A stretch of DNA of 64,000 nucleotides from Lama guanicoe (Eukaryota). The stretch lies in NCBI GenBank assembly GCA_013239625.1, contig MU053334.1, positions 310,001 to 374,000 on the forward strand, in the 5' to 3' direction. The position numbers and the translations under genes were made by a program. The notes under the pieces are model-generated. The model saw only the letters and a list, made by a program, of their open reading frames with translations. It searched no databases and was not told the origin of the DNA. Each line of letters starts with the position of its first letter. Positions within the stretch are counted from its first letter, which is position 1. Of this stretch, positions 50,426 through 61,490 are shown one piece after another.

Positions 50426-50657
50426 CCCTCTGATCCAGTTCGACCTGCTGCATTCCAAGTTCCACCTGTGTGGCGCCCCAACCCGGGCGCTCCTCCTGTC
50501 CACTTACATCAAGTTCGTGAACCTCTTTCCGGAGGTGAAGACCACCATCCAGGACGTGCTACGCAGCGACAGCCAGCTGAGGAACGCGGACGTGGAGCTG
50601 CAGCAGCGGGCCGTGGAGTACCTGCGGCTCAGCACAGTGGCCAGCACCGACATCCTG
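50426..50657 (+). CDS. AP2A2: AP2A2 exon 13 ([20 protein letters not shown]...ASTDIL), 232 nt
   Basis: cactcag|CCCTCTG...ATCCTG|gtaggc. Confidence 0.96.
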
Positions 50658-50747
50658 GTAGGCCGGCTCTCTGTCCCCGCGGCACGGTGCCCATCCGGAG
50701 GGCCATGGGGCTCCGTGCCCGGCCGACCCAGACGTCTTTCCCACCAG

Positions 50748-50921
50748 GCCACTGTCCTGGAGGAGATGCCCCCGTTCCCGGAGCGTGAGTCCTCCATCCT
50801 GGCCAAACTCAAGAAGAAGAAGGGCCCGAGCACCGTGACGGACCTGGAGGAGGCCAAGAGAGAGAGGGGCAGCGACATCAACGGGGGCCCCGAGCCCACC
50901 CCGGCCGGAACCAGTGCCGCG
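50748..50921 (+). CDS. AP2A2: AP2A2 exon 14 ([10 protein letters not shown]...AGTSAA), 174 nt; end of trunk and start of hinge
   Basis: ccaccag|GCCACT...GCCGCG|gtgggt. Confidence 0.95.
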
Positions 50922-52162
50922 GTGGGTCCCTCCCTGAGGGCGGTGCCCTGTGCGTGCCCGGGGCCTGGGGTCCAGAGCAGTTCCTGCATCTCATCTTGGC
51001 TTTGGTTTTAGAAAACGTGGTCTCTCGTCCCTTTTGCACAACTGCCTCGTGAGGCTGCCCACTGCTCCTCGGTGAGGAGTGGCCCGCCTCCTGCTGTCCT
51101 TAGTTTTCAGTGGCAGGTGGGTTAGAGCGAGTGGCCCGTTCATGTGAGGCGCAGTGAGAACACCCCCACCAGAGCAGACGCGCCCTTTGACGTCTGTTGG
51201 GGGAGGCACCCTCTTGAGAGGCGTCTTGCCCTCTGGTGGGGAGCCCGGGGAGCGGGCCCCTCTTTGCAGGACATGTACTTTGTGCTGCCTCCTTTTGCTT
51301 GAGGTGGAGTTCACACGTAAGATGATCCACCTGCACATGAGATCTTTTAGAGAGTCAGTGTGGCACTCCAGACGTGCGAGAGACCAGCAGCTACTCGTGC
51401 TGATGCGGTGGTTTCCGCGTCAGGCCCCACGTAGCCTCGCGGGGAGGCGGTTGGCAGCGGGAGGCGGGGCCGGCCGTGACCGGCCGCGTGTCCACGCGCT
51501 GGAGAGAGAAACTGCTTTGGCCCCTGCAGCTCTCGGGGCAGCTGCGTTCCTGGGGAGATGAGTGTGTGTTAAACCTGAGCAAGCTGATCAGTGCAGGGAC
51601 TGCAGACGGCACGGGGTGGAGTCTTGGGTGATTGTACATGGATGTGTGCCTTCCCGAGGAGCGGGGCGGAGGGGCGAGTTCTGCAGGCAGAGCAGCTCCG
51701 GGCTGGGTCTGGCGATCAGAACCCTGCATGCTTCTGGCACTCCTGTGCCCTGCTGGCTCACGCGTGAGCGTCAGCCTTGTGTGCAGCTGGGGGCGTCGGT
51801 GGCGTGAGTGTGCGGGGCTGCGCTGTGTCTCCTGTGAGTTCCAGAGCGACGAGGGGGAGGTGCTGCTTTGCTCTGTCTTGCTGGGATCAGAAAGCACTTG
51901 CTTATTGTTGAAGACTCCGGTCTATTGGCCTCTTACCTGCTTTTTCCTGTAACGTAGTGGAACTTGAAAACGACGAGGGACGTGCCTCAGCAAACCGCTA
52001 TCTTGCTCTTCTCACCTCTCCAGGCTTTCCGGGCGGTCGACACTAACGCGCACATGGTCTTGCTTCTTAAAGCAGGCGCCTCCTGGGGTCTGGGTGGTGG
52101 GGCTGCGGGCACTGGTCTTGTGCCCAGACAGTTCCACAGTGAACCTCTCCTCTGTTTTCCAG

Positions 52163-52323
52163 TCCACGCCCTCTCCGTCAGCAGACCTCCTGGGTCTGGG
52201 GGCTGCACCCCCCGTCCCCGCAGGCCCCCCACCCTCCTCCGGCGGGCTGCTCGTGGACGTGTTCTCAGACTCACCCTCCGCGGTCGCGCCGCTGGCTCCC
52301 GGCTCCGAGGACAACTTTGCCAG
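52163..52323 (+). CDS. AP2A2: AP2A2 exon 15 ([12 protein letters not shown]...SEDNFA(R)), 161 nt; hinge
   Basis: ttttccag|TCCACG...GCCAG|gtagtc. Confidence 0.96.
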
Positions 52324-53094
52324 GTAGTCTGTCTCCTACGTCCTGAGGACAAGGACTCTCTGCCCTGCCCCCCGCCCCGCCCCGAGGTCCTTCCCTCCCC
52401 AGCCCCTCCACCTCCTTGGGGTGCAGTTTCCCTGGAGGAAGGGAGTGCGCGCACTCCGAGGGGAGACCATCAGGTGGAAAGGTGGCCTGGGCCCCGTGCT
52501 GTGGCGCCTGCCGTTGGTCGCAGCGTGTGCTCTCGGCCCCTTTTCTCTTTGCCCTTTGGCACTCTGGTCCCACATCTCCCGCCCTTACTTACTCACCCTC
52601 GGACCTGCCTTCCAGGCCCCCAGCTTTATTTTCTTGAGAAACAGTCTTCAGGTGCAGTTGCTACTTCCCACCGTGGGGCCCTGCCTGAGGTGTGCTTCCT
52701 CTCCTTCCTCCTCTGCCCGCAGGCCTCACCGCCTCTCCCCTTGGGCGCCGGCCGGCCGACCTCCCGCCCGCCGCCCACTTTACTGTTCCTCCAGCTTCAA
52801 GATGAAATCCCAAACTGCCCTTCCGAGCACGTTTGCTATCCGCCTTTCTGCCTGCCGGTCCTGTACCTTTCCCTGCTTGCTCCCCGCCATCATCTGTCTC
52901 TGCGGATCTTAATCTGAGTGGAGGGCAGGTGCAGGCAGAGGACAGAGGAATTCCTGTGGGTTTACACTGCCCCCCGGGGCTCTTTGTGCTTGCACCGTGC
53001 ATTGATTCTTACTTCCTGCTGCTGGTGGAAATGCCTGGGAAAAGGCAGGTGTGGAGCGCTGCTGGGTGTCTGTCTCTGGCTGCAGACAGACTCT

Positions 53095-54365
53095 TTTTAA
53101 GAAAACGAGGAATAGTCGATTTACAGTATCATAGTAGTTTCAGGCGCACAACGTCGTGATTCACAACTTTTATCGATTGTACTCTGTTTAAAGTTGCTGC
53201 AAAGCAGTGGCTGTACCTCCCTGTGCTGTGCGGTGCGTCCTTGCTGCTCACCTACTTCACACGAACAGCTTGTGTCTCCTTGTCCCCTGCCCCGTCTTGC
53301 CTCCCCGCCCCTCTCCCCACTGGTGACCGCTGGTTTGCTCTCTGCATCTACGGACCTGTTTCTGTTTCATTATACCACTCGTTAGCTCTGTGTTTCAGAT
53401 TTCACGTGTGGGTGATGCCATACAGCACTTTTTCCTGTCTGGCTTATTTCTTGAGCATGCTGCCTTCCAGTTCGTCCGCGTCATTGTAGATGGCAACGTG
53501 TCATTCTTTCTTATGGCTGAGCAGCCGTCCGTTGCATGTGTGCTCACGTGCGTGTCTTCTTCACTTGCTCGTCCCTTGGCGGACGCCTGGGCTGCCCCCA
53601 GGTCCTGGCTGCTGTCAGTAGCGCTGCTGCGAACGCTGGGGTCGTGTGTCTTTTCGAATTAGTGTTTTCCTTCTCTGGGTCTGTGCCCGGGAGTGGGACT
53701 GGGTCTTCCGGTGGTTTGTAGTTTCTTGAGGAACCGCCGTACTGCCCTCGGGGGCTGCCCTGGTTGGCGCCCCCCCCCCGCAGTGCGCAGGGCCCGTGCC
53801 CTCCCGCCCTCACCGGCGCTTGGTGCTCACGGCCGTTCTGGCAGGTGTGAGGCGGTGTCTCGTCGTGCTTCTGACCTGCGTCCCCCTGACGGTGGGTGGT
53901 GTTGAGTGTCTTTTCACAGGCCTGCCAGCCGTCTGCGTTTCCTCTTTGGAAGAGTATCTATTCGGTTCTTCTACCCGTTTTTAAAATCAGCTTCTTTGAA
54001 TACTGAGTTGTATGAGCTGTTTATATATTTTGGATATTGACCCTATTGGTCCTCGCATTTGCAAGTATTTTCTCCCAGTCAGTAGGTTGTTTTTTTGTTT
54101 TGTTGAAGATTTCCTTTGCTGTGCCAGAACTTTTGAGATTAATTAGGTCCTGTTTATTTTTTTTCGTATTTGCTTCCTTTGCCTTAGGAGCAGATGCAAA
54201 AAAACACTGCTGTGATATGTCAAAGAGTGTTCTGCCTGTGTTCTCTTCTAGGAGCTTTATGGTTTTCGGTCTTTAATCCATTTTGAGTTTAATTTTGCAT
54301 ATGGTGTAAGAAGACGTTCTGATTGCATTTCTGTACTTGTGGCTGTAGGTGGTTTTCCCAGCACC
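53095..54365 (-). mobile_element. L1 3' end (ORF2 C-terminus plus 3' UTR), intron 15
   Basis: TTTGCAAGTATTTTCTCCCAGTCAGTAGGTTG, ATGTCAAAGAGTGTTCTGCCTGTGTTCTCTTCTAGGAG and TTTAATCCATTTTGAGTT. Confidence 0.8.
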
Positions 54366-54796
54366 AGGGGAAGGGGCGGGGGTGGGGCGCCGAGTGCTGT
54401 GAGTGTGCTGGCCTGCAGACGCCCAGGGAGGGGGTGCTGTTGGTCGCCCGCAGGCTGGAGGCCTGTGCTGGGTGTCAGCGGGCCAGCCTGAGGTCTGGCC
54501 TGGACGTGTGCGCCTCGGCCCGTGTCCTAAGCAGTGGCACGCTGGCAGGGGTCGGCCGGCACCTTCATGAGGAGCAGACGGGTAGCCCGTCCCTGGCCAC
54601 CTCGTGGGTCTGTGGCATCATGGCTCTTGGCTCTTCTGTCCCTGGTGGCACAGGCGCTCGTCAGGATGCTCCTCCCTCCCTCATGTCCCACAGAGGTTCT
54701 TCTGGTCTTAGTGTTCTTCAAACCCTTTTTCAAACAAATCTTCGTATTTTCCATGGGTGGCTTTGAGTGACTTACACATTGTCCCTTGTCCCCCAG

Positions 54797-54879
54797 GTTT
54801 GTCTGTAAAAATAATGGTGTGTTGTTTGAAAACCAACTGCTTCAAATTGGACTGAAGTCTGAATTTCGGCAGAATTTAG
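54797..54879 (+). CDS. AP2A2: AP2A2 exon 16 ([27 protein letters not shown](G)), 83 nt; start of appendage
   Basis: tccccag|GTTTGT...TTTAG|gtatgt. Confidence 0.97.
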
Positions 54880-54914
54880 GTATGTGTTTTACTTACTTAA
54901 CGAGAACTTCTCTT

Positions 54915-55815
54915 AGAAATTTGGGGGAGAGAATATTTCTAAATTATGTACCTCGTAAAGATCTAGTTTCCAGACTATATAGAGGACTCCAAGTCAACAA
55001 CAGAAAGACTGCCCACTTAAAAAGTGGTCGAAGTCTTGGATAGACATGTTGTTTCTGAGGAAGACATTCAGATGTCCCAAAGCACACAAAAAGGTGCCCG
55101 ACACCACCGCTAGTCTGGGAAATGCAAGCAAACCACGTCGAAGTGCCCCCACACCCATCGGCATGGCTGCTTTGAAAAACAAAACAAGTGCTGGCAGAGG
55201 CGGAGAGAAATTGGAACCATACGCACTCTTGGAGGGAATGTAAAATGGCGCAGCTGCTGCAGATGGCAGCCTGGGGGCTTCTTAAACAATTGAAGATAGA
55301 ATTACCGTATGTATGATCTAGCAGCTCCATGTCTCGGTGTTTACCCCCCAGAATTGAAAAGAAAGCAGGGACTCGGGCAAATCCTCTCGCCCACGTCCAC
55401 GCGGGGCTCCTCACAGCAGCCAAGAGGTGGAGGGGGCCCGAGTGTCCACACAGCACAGTGAGTGGACACACAGCGTGGTCCATCCACACGATGGGCCACT
55501 ACTCAGCCGTAAGAAGGAAGGGCATTCCGGCCCAGCTGCAGCACGATGGGCCTTGGGGACGTGGTGCTCAGTGGAATGAACCAGACACGGAAGGACAGGT
55601 CCTGTGCGACCCCGCTCACATGGGGTCCCTGGGGGAGTCAGATCCACAGAAAAGGGGGGGCGGGGGAGGGGAGCGAGTGTTTAGCAGGGACAGAGCGTCA
55701 GTTTGGGAAGCAATGGTGTGCTCATGAGAATGTGAATGTGGTTAGTGCCGCGACCTGTGCACCTAGAAATGGTTAAGATGGTAAATTACAGGTTGCATAT
55801 AGTTCTCATATTTTT
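54915..55815 (+). mobile_element. L1 3' end (L1MA/MB-like), intron 16
   Basis: GGAGAGAAATTGGAACC...GTAAAATGGCGCAGCTGCT...AATGGTTAAGATGGTAAATT terminus. Confidence 0.75.
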
Positions 55816-56423
55816 TTCAAAAAGGCTTTTTTGTTTACTACCCCCCCCAAAAAAAAACTAATGCCCACTGACTGCTGTGACTGGTGCCCAAGGAGCACCT
55901 GTGGGCTGACACCCACCTCCTTCATGGCACCGTGAAGGAGCCTCGGGTGGACTTGCTGTCCTCTGTCTGCGGAGCAGCTGGAAATGTGCAGACGGGGGGC
56001 AGTGCGTCTGCCCCAGGGCCCTCTGGTGTTGGGAGGGCCGGCGGGTCCTGCTCCAGGGACTCCCTGCAGGTGGACTGCGGCGCTCAGTCTCTGACCTGGT
56101 GAGGACTGTGCGCGGCCGTGTTGGTGGCACCCAGGCCTGGTGGGGGTCCCCTAGATTGTGGGGGTGGCGCCCAGCTGCTCTTCCTCGTCGGGAGACTTGA
56201 GGTTCACGTTCCACTCTGAGTCGTTTGGGTATGAAGACATTGGCAGCTAGCGCAGAGTTGGTGTCGTGCTGTGGCCCAGGGCTCCGGGAGCGGCGTTTGT
56301 GGGGGAGCCTGGCCACCCTGCCTGGGTCCCTGGGCCCAGCGTGGCCGCCAGCTCAGCAGGTGGCCCTCGTCTCCAGGTGCGCGTCCGGGAGGCTAGGGCG
56401 TGACGTGTTTTGTGCCCTCCTAG

Positions 56424-56513
56424 GTCGTATGTTCATATTTTATGGTAACAAGACTTCCACGCAGTTCCTGCATTTCACTCCTACACTCATCTGTTCGGAT
56501 GACCTCCAGGCCA
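56424..56513 (+). CDS. AP2A2: AP2A2 exon 17 ([29 protein letters not shown](S)), 90 nt
   Basis: ctcctag|GTCGT...GGCCA|atatcctt (U12 donor). Confidence 0.94.
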
Positions 56514-57248
56514 ATATCCTTGGTTCCACTGCGCCCGGGCCCTGGCAGACAGTAATTTGGGACTTCGAGGCGGGTTTTGAGGGCGTCTCCAGGGGCTGTC
56601 ACCGCAGGTTGTCTTCCCGCCCTTGGGTTGTTAGTCGCTGCAACGCTTGTGGGGCGCACGCGGCCTCGGCTCCTGCTTCGATGGCTGGTTCATCGCTTTC
56701 TTACTCACCTGTTCTGGTCTCCAAATCCCTCCGAGCTCTGAGCTCTGGTCTCTGCTCTCCTGCTCTGGGAGTCTCCCAGGGAGCGGCCGTGGGCGGGAGA
56801 CCGAGGGGGGCTTCTCCACCATCAGCTTCGCTGTCTGGGGTCTCTTGCCATGGGTGGGCTGCCCTGGGAGAGGGAGGGAGGGGGAGGCCCGGCTTGACCA
56901 CAGCCCTCCTTACTACAGGCCAGAGCCATTTTTATTGTAAGATAAACATGTTTTAAACATAGACTATTAACACTAAATGTTTCAAAACAGTCGTCAAAGA
57001 GGGGAGGGTGTAGCTCAGTGGTAGAGCATGTGCCTAGCATGCGCAAGGTCCTGGGTTCAGTCCTCAGTACTTTCATTTAAAGTAATTCATTAATTAGTTA
57101 GAAAAAACTGTCATTAAAAATACACACATGACAGATTTCATCCGAGATCAGGAAGTGCACTCCGACTCCTACAGACCCCTTCTAGAGCCTTTCTGACCTG
57201 GGACTGGCTCGGCCCCGCCTGCTTTCTCGGCTTCCTTGACGCACACAC
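56514..57248 (+). other. AP2A2: U12-type (minor spliceosome) AT-AC intron 17 of AP2A2, 735 nt
   Basis: 5' ATATCCTT; branch site TTCCTTGAC at 57232-57240; 3' AC at 57247-57248; this junction keeps the frame (A|GC = Ser). Confidence 0.93.
57000..57103 (+). mobile_element. tRNA-derived SINE, Vic-1-like, inside the U12 intron
   Basis: GGGGAGGGTGTAGCTCAGTGGTAGAGCATG...GGTCCTGGGTTCAGTCC; degenerate TSD AAAACAGTCGTCAAA (56984) / AAAACTGTCATTAAA (57104). Confidence 0.85.
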
Positions 57249-57372
57249 GCCTAAGCCTACAGACCAAGCCTGTGGACCCCACCGTGGATGGGGGTGCGCA
57301 GGTGCAGCAGGCCGTCAACATCGAGTGCGTGTCCGACTTCGCGGAGGCGCCTGTGCTCAACATCCAGTTCAG
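57249..57372 (+). CDS. AP2A2: AP2A2 exon 18 ([10 protein letters not shown]...LNIQF(R)), 124 nt
   Basis: gcacacac|GCCTAAGC...TTCAG|gtggga. Confidence 0.94.
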
Positions 57373-58353
57373 GTGGGAGCCCCGGGCTGCATCACCACAG
57401 GTCCTGCTGGGCCCCAGGGCATCGGGGCTGGGCCCCTCGTCCTCACAGACCTCAGGGTGGTGTGAGGACTGAGGGGCGACCTAGGCGGAGGCTGGCCCTC
57501 GCTGTGCACATTGCAGCAGTGGCTCCAGAGGGGAAGGGAAAGGTGCCCAGGGTTCTGAGATGCTGGGCGGATGGGGCCATCTGTCCAAGGTCCGGTGCTT
57601 TCAGGCTGAGACACGGAGGGGCCCACCCCATGGGCTTGGGGCCAGCCAGGTCCCCTGTGCTGCTGCCTGGCCCACGGCTCCGAAAGTCAGCTGCAGGGCG
57701 GCATCCCTCCAGATTGTCGCCTGGTGTGTGCGACGCTGCGTGGCTGCACTCCGAGCACGCACACCGTCTTGATGATTTTTCTGTAACACGTTTGTGTTGC
57801 TCCCTGGCTGCTTCCTGTCATTTCTCAGTGAGTGCAGGAGCGTGCACGTGACCAGCCTCCCCTGTTAGGTATTTGTAAGTTTGTTTTGGAAAGCATGTTT
57901 TCAAACATTAAAAACACAGAGAACTGAAAGTACTGTACTTTGTAAAATTTAGGGAAATAGACGTGCACAAATTTTGTTTCGTTCTGTAGGCACACTTTTT
58001 TCTGTGGCCTTTTCTGTGGTCTTTTTCAAAAAGAAAAAAGCCTACAAAGTTTAAACCAGCTTGGACTTGTAGGACGTGGGTTGCTAGGGAAGAGTGATGA
58101 GGGGGTGGCTGTCCCCGGGTTAGTGTGTCAGGTCCCCTGACCGGTGCGTGGCAGTCCTCAGCTGTGGATGGCGCCGTGCCCAAGCCGGGCCGGTCCCCAG
58201 GGCGCAGGACCACCCTCCCCAGCGCCCCGCCCCTCCCCCTGCCCTCAGCCCTCTGTTCCCGGGGGCTGCGCACGAGGGAGTGGCTCCCGGTTGAGGTGCA
58301 GGTTTTCCAGCCGCCCGTGCACCCCTTTCACCGTGTCTCTGTGTTGCTCACAG

Positions 58354-58470
58354 GTATGGGGGAACCTTTCAGAATGTGTCTGTTAAGCTGCCTATCACAC
58401 TCAACAAATTTTTCCAGCCCACAGAAATGGCTTCTCAGGATTTCTTTCAGCGTTGGAAGCAGCTGAGCAG
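58354..58470 (+). CDS. AP2A2: AP2A2 exon 19 ([38 protein letters not shown](S)), 117 nt
   Basis: ctcacag|GTATGG...AGCAG|gtgagg; manual translation. Confidence 0.96.
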
Positions 58471-58562
58471 GTGAGGGGCTGACCCAAACCCTGTGCGGTG
58501 CTGATGGGGGCCCTTCAGGCAGGGCCAGAAGCCGGGCTTACGCTGGCCTTTGTTTCTCACAG

Positions 58563-58632
58563 TCCACAGCAGGAAGTGCAGAGCATCTTCAGAGCGAAGC
58601 ACCCAATGGATACAGAAATCACGAAAGCCAAG
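58563..58632 (+). CDS. AP2A2: AP2A2 exon 20 ([23 protein letters not shown]), 70 nt
   Basis: tctcacag|TCCAC...GCCAAG|gtcagt. Confidence 0.96.
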
Positions 58633-58750
58633 GTCAGTACCTCGCTGGGGTCATTCCCAGAGTTGGGAGGTGGCCAGGGCCCTCCAGAGACCCTCGGCCC
58701 CTGCCTGGGTGCTGGCACCAGACGCTCCAACTCCAATTTCTTTCCCACAG

Positions 58751-58885
58751 ATTATTGGCTTTGGTTCTGCACTCCTGGAGGAAGTCGATCCTAATCCTGC
58801 AAATTTTGTGGGAGCCGGTATCATTCATACCAAAACCACGCAGATTGGATGCTTGCTGCGCTTGGAGCCGAACCTGCAAGCCCAG
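58751..58885 (+). CDS. AP2A2: AP2A2 exon 21 ([11 protein letters not shown]...EPNLQAQ), 135 nt
   Basis: tcccacag|ATTATT...GCCCAG|gtcagg. Confidence 0.97.
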
Positions 58886-59676
58886 GTCAGGCCCCGGGGG
58901 AGCGGCCCAGTCACTTCAGTTTGTTTGTTTCTGTTGTGGTGTAAGTTACACACAGTGAGATGGATGCGCAGGTAGATCCCCAGTGTGGTAATTTGATGAG
59001 TTTCAACAGACACGTATGCCTGTGAACCACCACCTGTTGGTACGTGTAAAATTGCCGCTGTCCCAGAAAGTTCCCTGGCACCCCACTGGGGCAACATCCC
59101 CAAGAGGCAGCGCTGTGTGGCCCGGCATGGGTTCCGCCTGGCCCTGAGCTGGCAGTCACCAGTTGCTGCTGTGTCCAGGGTCGGTCCTCGTGGACTGTGT
59201 GGCACTCCTTTGTGGGGAGTTGCCCCGTTGGCTTGCCCAGCCCTCCTGTCGATGGACCTCAGGCCGCCCCAGTTTTGGGACACTTTGAATGGGGCTGCTA
59301 CGAACACTGGCACATGTCTTGGTGTGGACGTGTGTTTTCATCTCACTTGGGCAGTACCCAGGATGGGACGCGGGCTCGTGGGGAGCATGAGCCGTCAGCT
59401 CCCCAGCGCCGGCTGGGGCAGTTAGACGCCCACCTGTCCATGTACACTCTGGCGCTGGCGATGGTCAGACTTTCTCACTTTAGCTGCTGAAAGCATGTCT
59501 AATGTTTGAGTCTCTGTCACGCAGTGGAACACCTCCAGGGAAGGGCTGAGCAGAGGCCTGAAGTGGCCGCCGGGCAGGCCGTGGCCCGAGGTGCTCTGCT
59601 GCTGGAGCGAGGGCCCTGCCGAGGGCCGCACCCACGGGCAGGTGGGCGGGGGCTGACTGTTGTTGTCTCCTTCCAG

Positions 59677-59754
59677 ATGTACCGGCTCACGCTGCGGACC
59701 AGTAAGGAGAGCGTGTCTCAGAGGCTGTGCGAACTGCTCTCAGAGCAGTTCTGA
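59677..59754 (+). CDS. AP2A2: AP2A2 exon 22, coding part ([25 protein letters not shown])
   Basis: ccttccag|ATGTAC...TTCTGA. Confidence 0.97.
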   Translation: MYRLTLRTSKESVSQRLCELLSEQF

Positions 59755-60332
59755 CCCACGGGGCAGCTGCCGTGTCTGCACCTGCCTTCTTCCTGCCCTT
59801 GTCTCCGTGACCGTGCTGCGCGCCAGCGCCTGTCTGACATTGCCGCCGGGGGCTCCCGCCTGCTGCCCAGCTTCGTCCCTCCTGGGGTGGGTTGTGAGGG
59901 AGAAGAGGCCCAGCTGGACTCGCCGGCCTGCCGGTCAGGAGGAGGGGCGCGGGTCCTGGGATCAACTTTCCTAGAAATCAGGACAGTTCTGTGCGGAAAT
60001 CTACAAATTAAAGGGAAATTAGAAGTTTGAATGAAAATGGACATTTTTTGGGAAATTTTTAAATGAGCGTTCCTCTCTGGCACTCTGAGAGGAGCAGTGT
60101 GCATCTGTGGTGCGGATGGGTCTAAACTAGGACATGTGGCCATTTTGGGGGTGGCTGCTGGGTGCCTGAGACTGTGAGGATGCCCTGGGCTGGAGCAGTG
60201 CGTCCAGGCGCCAACATGAGCGCAGCATCTGGGGCGGGGCCCTGACTCTGGAAGTCAGACTCAGCGGTGCTGTGTGTCCTGGCCGCCTTTAGTTCTGTGT
60301 TCTTTTCCCAGCGTGGCCTTTTTGAAGGAGAC

Positions 60333-60338
60333 ATTAAA
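60333..60338 (+). terminator. AP2A2: Candidate AP2A2 poly(A) signal ATTAAA (a second ATTAAA at 60007-60012)
   Basis: ATTAAA followed by GT-rich sequence; I found no + strand AATAAA between the stop codon and MUC6. Confidence 0.4.
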
Positions 60339-61484
60339 GCCGCCTGATTGTCTGAGACCTCGCTTGCGCAGTGTGTGGGGGCAGGGTTCCCGGTGGCCCG
60401 GAGAGTGTGTACCTAACTTCACGCATCTGGAGGTTTCAAGCAAGTGCGCTGTCACCCTAGGGGCGACACTGGTTCGTGATTGGAGGGTTCAGTGTGGGTG
60501 GGCAGAGGAGATTCCGGGAGCTGAGCTTGTCTCTCCCCTGTGCAGGGGACCTCACGGGCTGGTGCAGGTTTCTCTGGGGTCATGCATGCAGGCCAGGGTG
60601 CTGTGGGCCTTGGCCTGTGCAGTCGGAGGAGGGAGGCCTTTGTGTGGTCAGGAGGTGGAGGGCCATTTGGGGATGAGCTGATGCCCCAACTCAGGGTCCC
60701 CTGACACTCTGTGTGGCCGTGGAGTCTGAGGCTGTGTGGGTGGCGGCCGTGTCATCCTGCTTTTGTTCAGGCTGCTGGACGACGTGGTGCTTGGGCTCCA
60801 GCATGTGGGTCGCCAGCGGGATGGTGGTTTCGAGTCAGCTGACGCCTGCCCTCCGTCCGCCATTCTAGGTGGGCGTCTGCCCGTCAATTGCGTTCCTTTC
60901 CGAAGGGAAAACAAGCGCTAGGTCGGTGGCCAGAGTGCGTGTGGTCTTCGGAGGGAGAAGCACTCAGCATGTGGCTCGTGGCTCGTCCTGCGGGCCGTGT
61001 GGGGCCTTGAGCTCTGACGACGTGGCCACGGCACCCCGGTCTCGGGGTGGAGGCGTAAGAGTGTCGGGGTGGCATGCCTTTCACCCTGCGCCTGGGTGCA
61101 GGGCGTGGCTCACTTACCCCGGGGGACCTGGCCTCAGCTCCCCCGGCTCCACCCTACCAGTTGAGGACGTGCCTTCTGGAGGCCTTGGGCCTAAGGGACA
61201 CGTGGGCCCAGGGGTTCCTTCCTGGGGAGCGAGCCCACTGAGCTCTTTTGGGGTGACCCCAGCCACAGACGGGGTGCATGTCCCACAGGATGCAGGGCTT
61301 CACAAGGGAGTAGCCCTGAGCTGGGGAGGGTGCAGGCCCCACAGTGGTGTCCCTTCCTGGCCCAGACCCGTGCTGGTCCAGCCCTTTGGGGTGGGTGTGG
61401 GTCTGGGGCTTCAGAACACCCGGGGGCATGGGAGACAGCAGTGCAGAGCCCACGGGCGAGCCTTTGCGTGTTGATCAGTGCCAG

Positions 61485-61490
61485 TTTATT
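61485..61490 (-). terminator. MUC6: MUC6 poly(A) signal AATAAA
   Basis: TTTATT on + strand, ~365 nt past the MUC6 stop. Confidence 0.75.

Larger units (their letters stand above)
1..59754 (+). other. AP2A2: AP2A2 gene body (distal intron 1 through stop codon; exon 1 is upstream of the window)
   Basis: 21 exons with phase-compatible junctions splice into one frame encoding the alpha-adaptin trunk, hinge and appendage, ending ...CELLSEQF*. Residues ([40 protein letters not shown]) and MUC6 adjacency point to AP2A2 rather than AP2A1. Confidence 0.97.

Noticed and set aside
51964-52917. 317-aa plus-strand ORF overlapping exon 15 in another frame
   Set aside because: Pro/Arg/Leu-rich composition expected from GC-rich DNA; non-ATG start; no recognisable homology
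57001-57075. tRNA-like sequence (also at 6040 and 8520-8585)
   Set aside because: A-rich tails, TSDs and a shared non-tRNA body indicate SINEs, not tRNA genes
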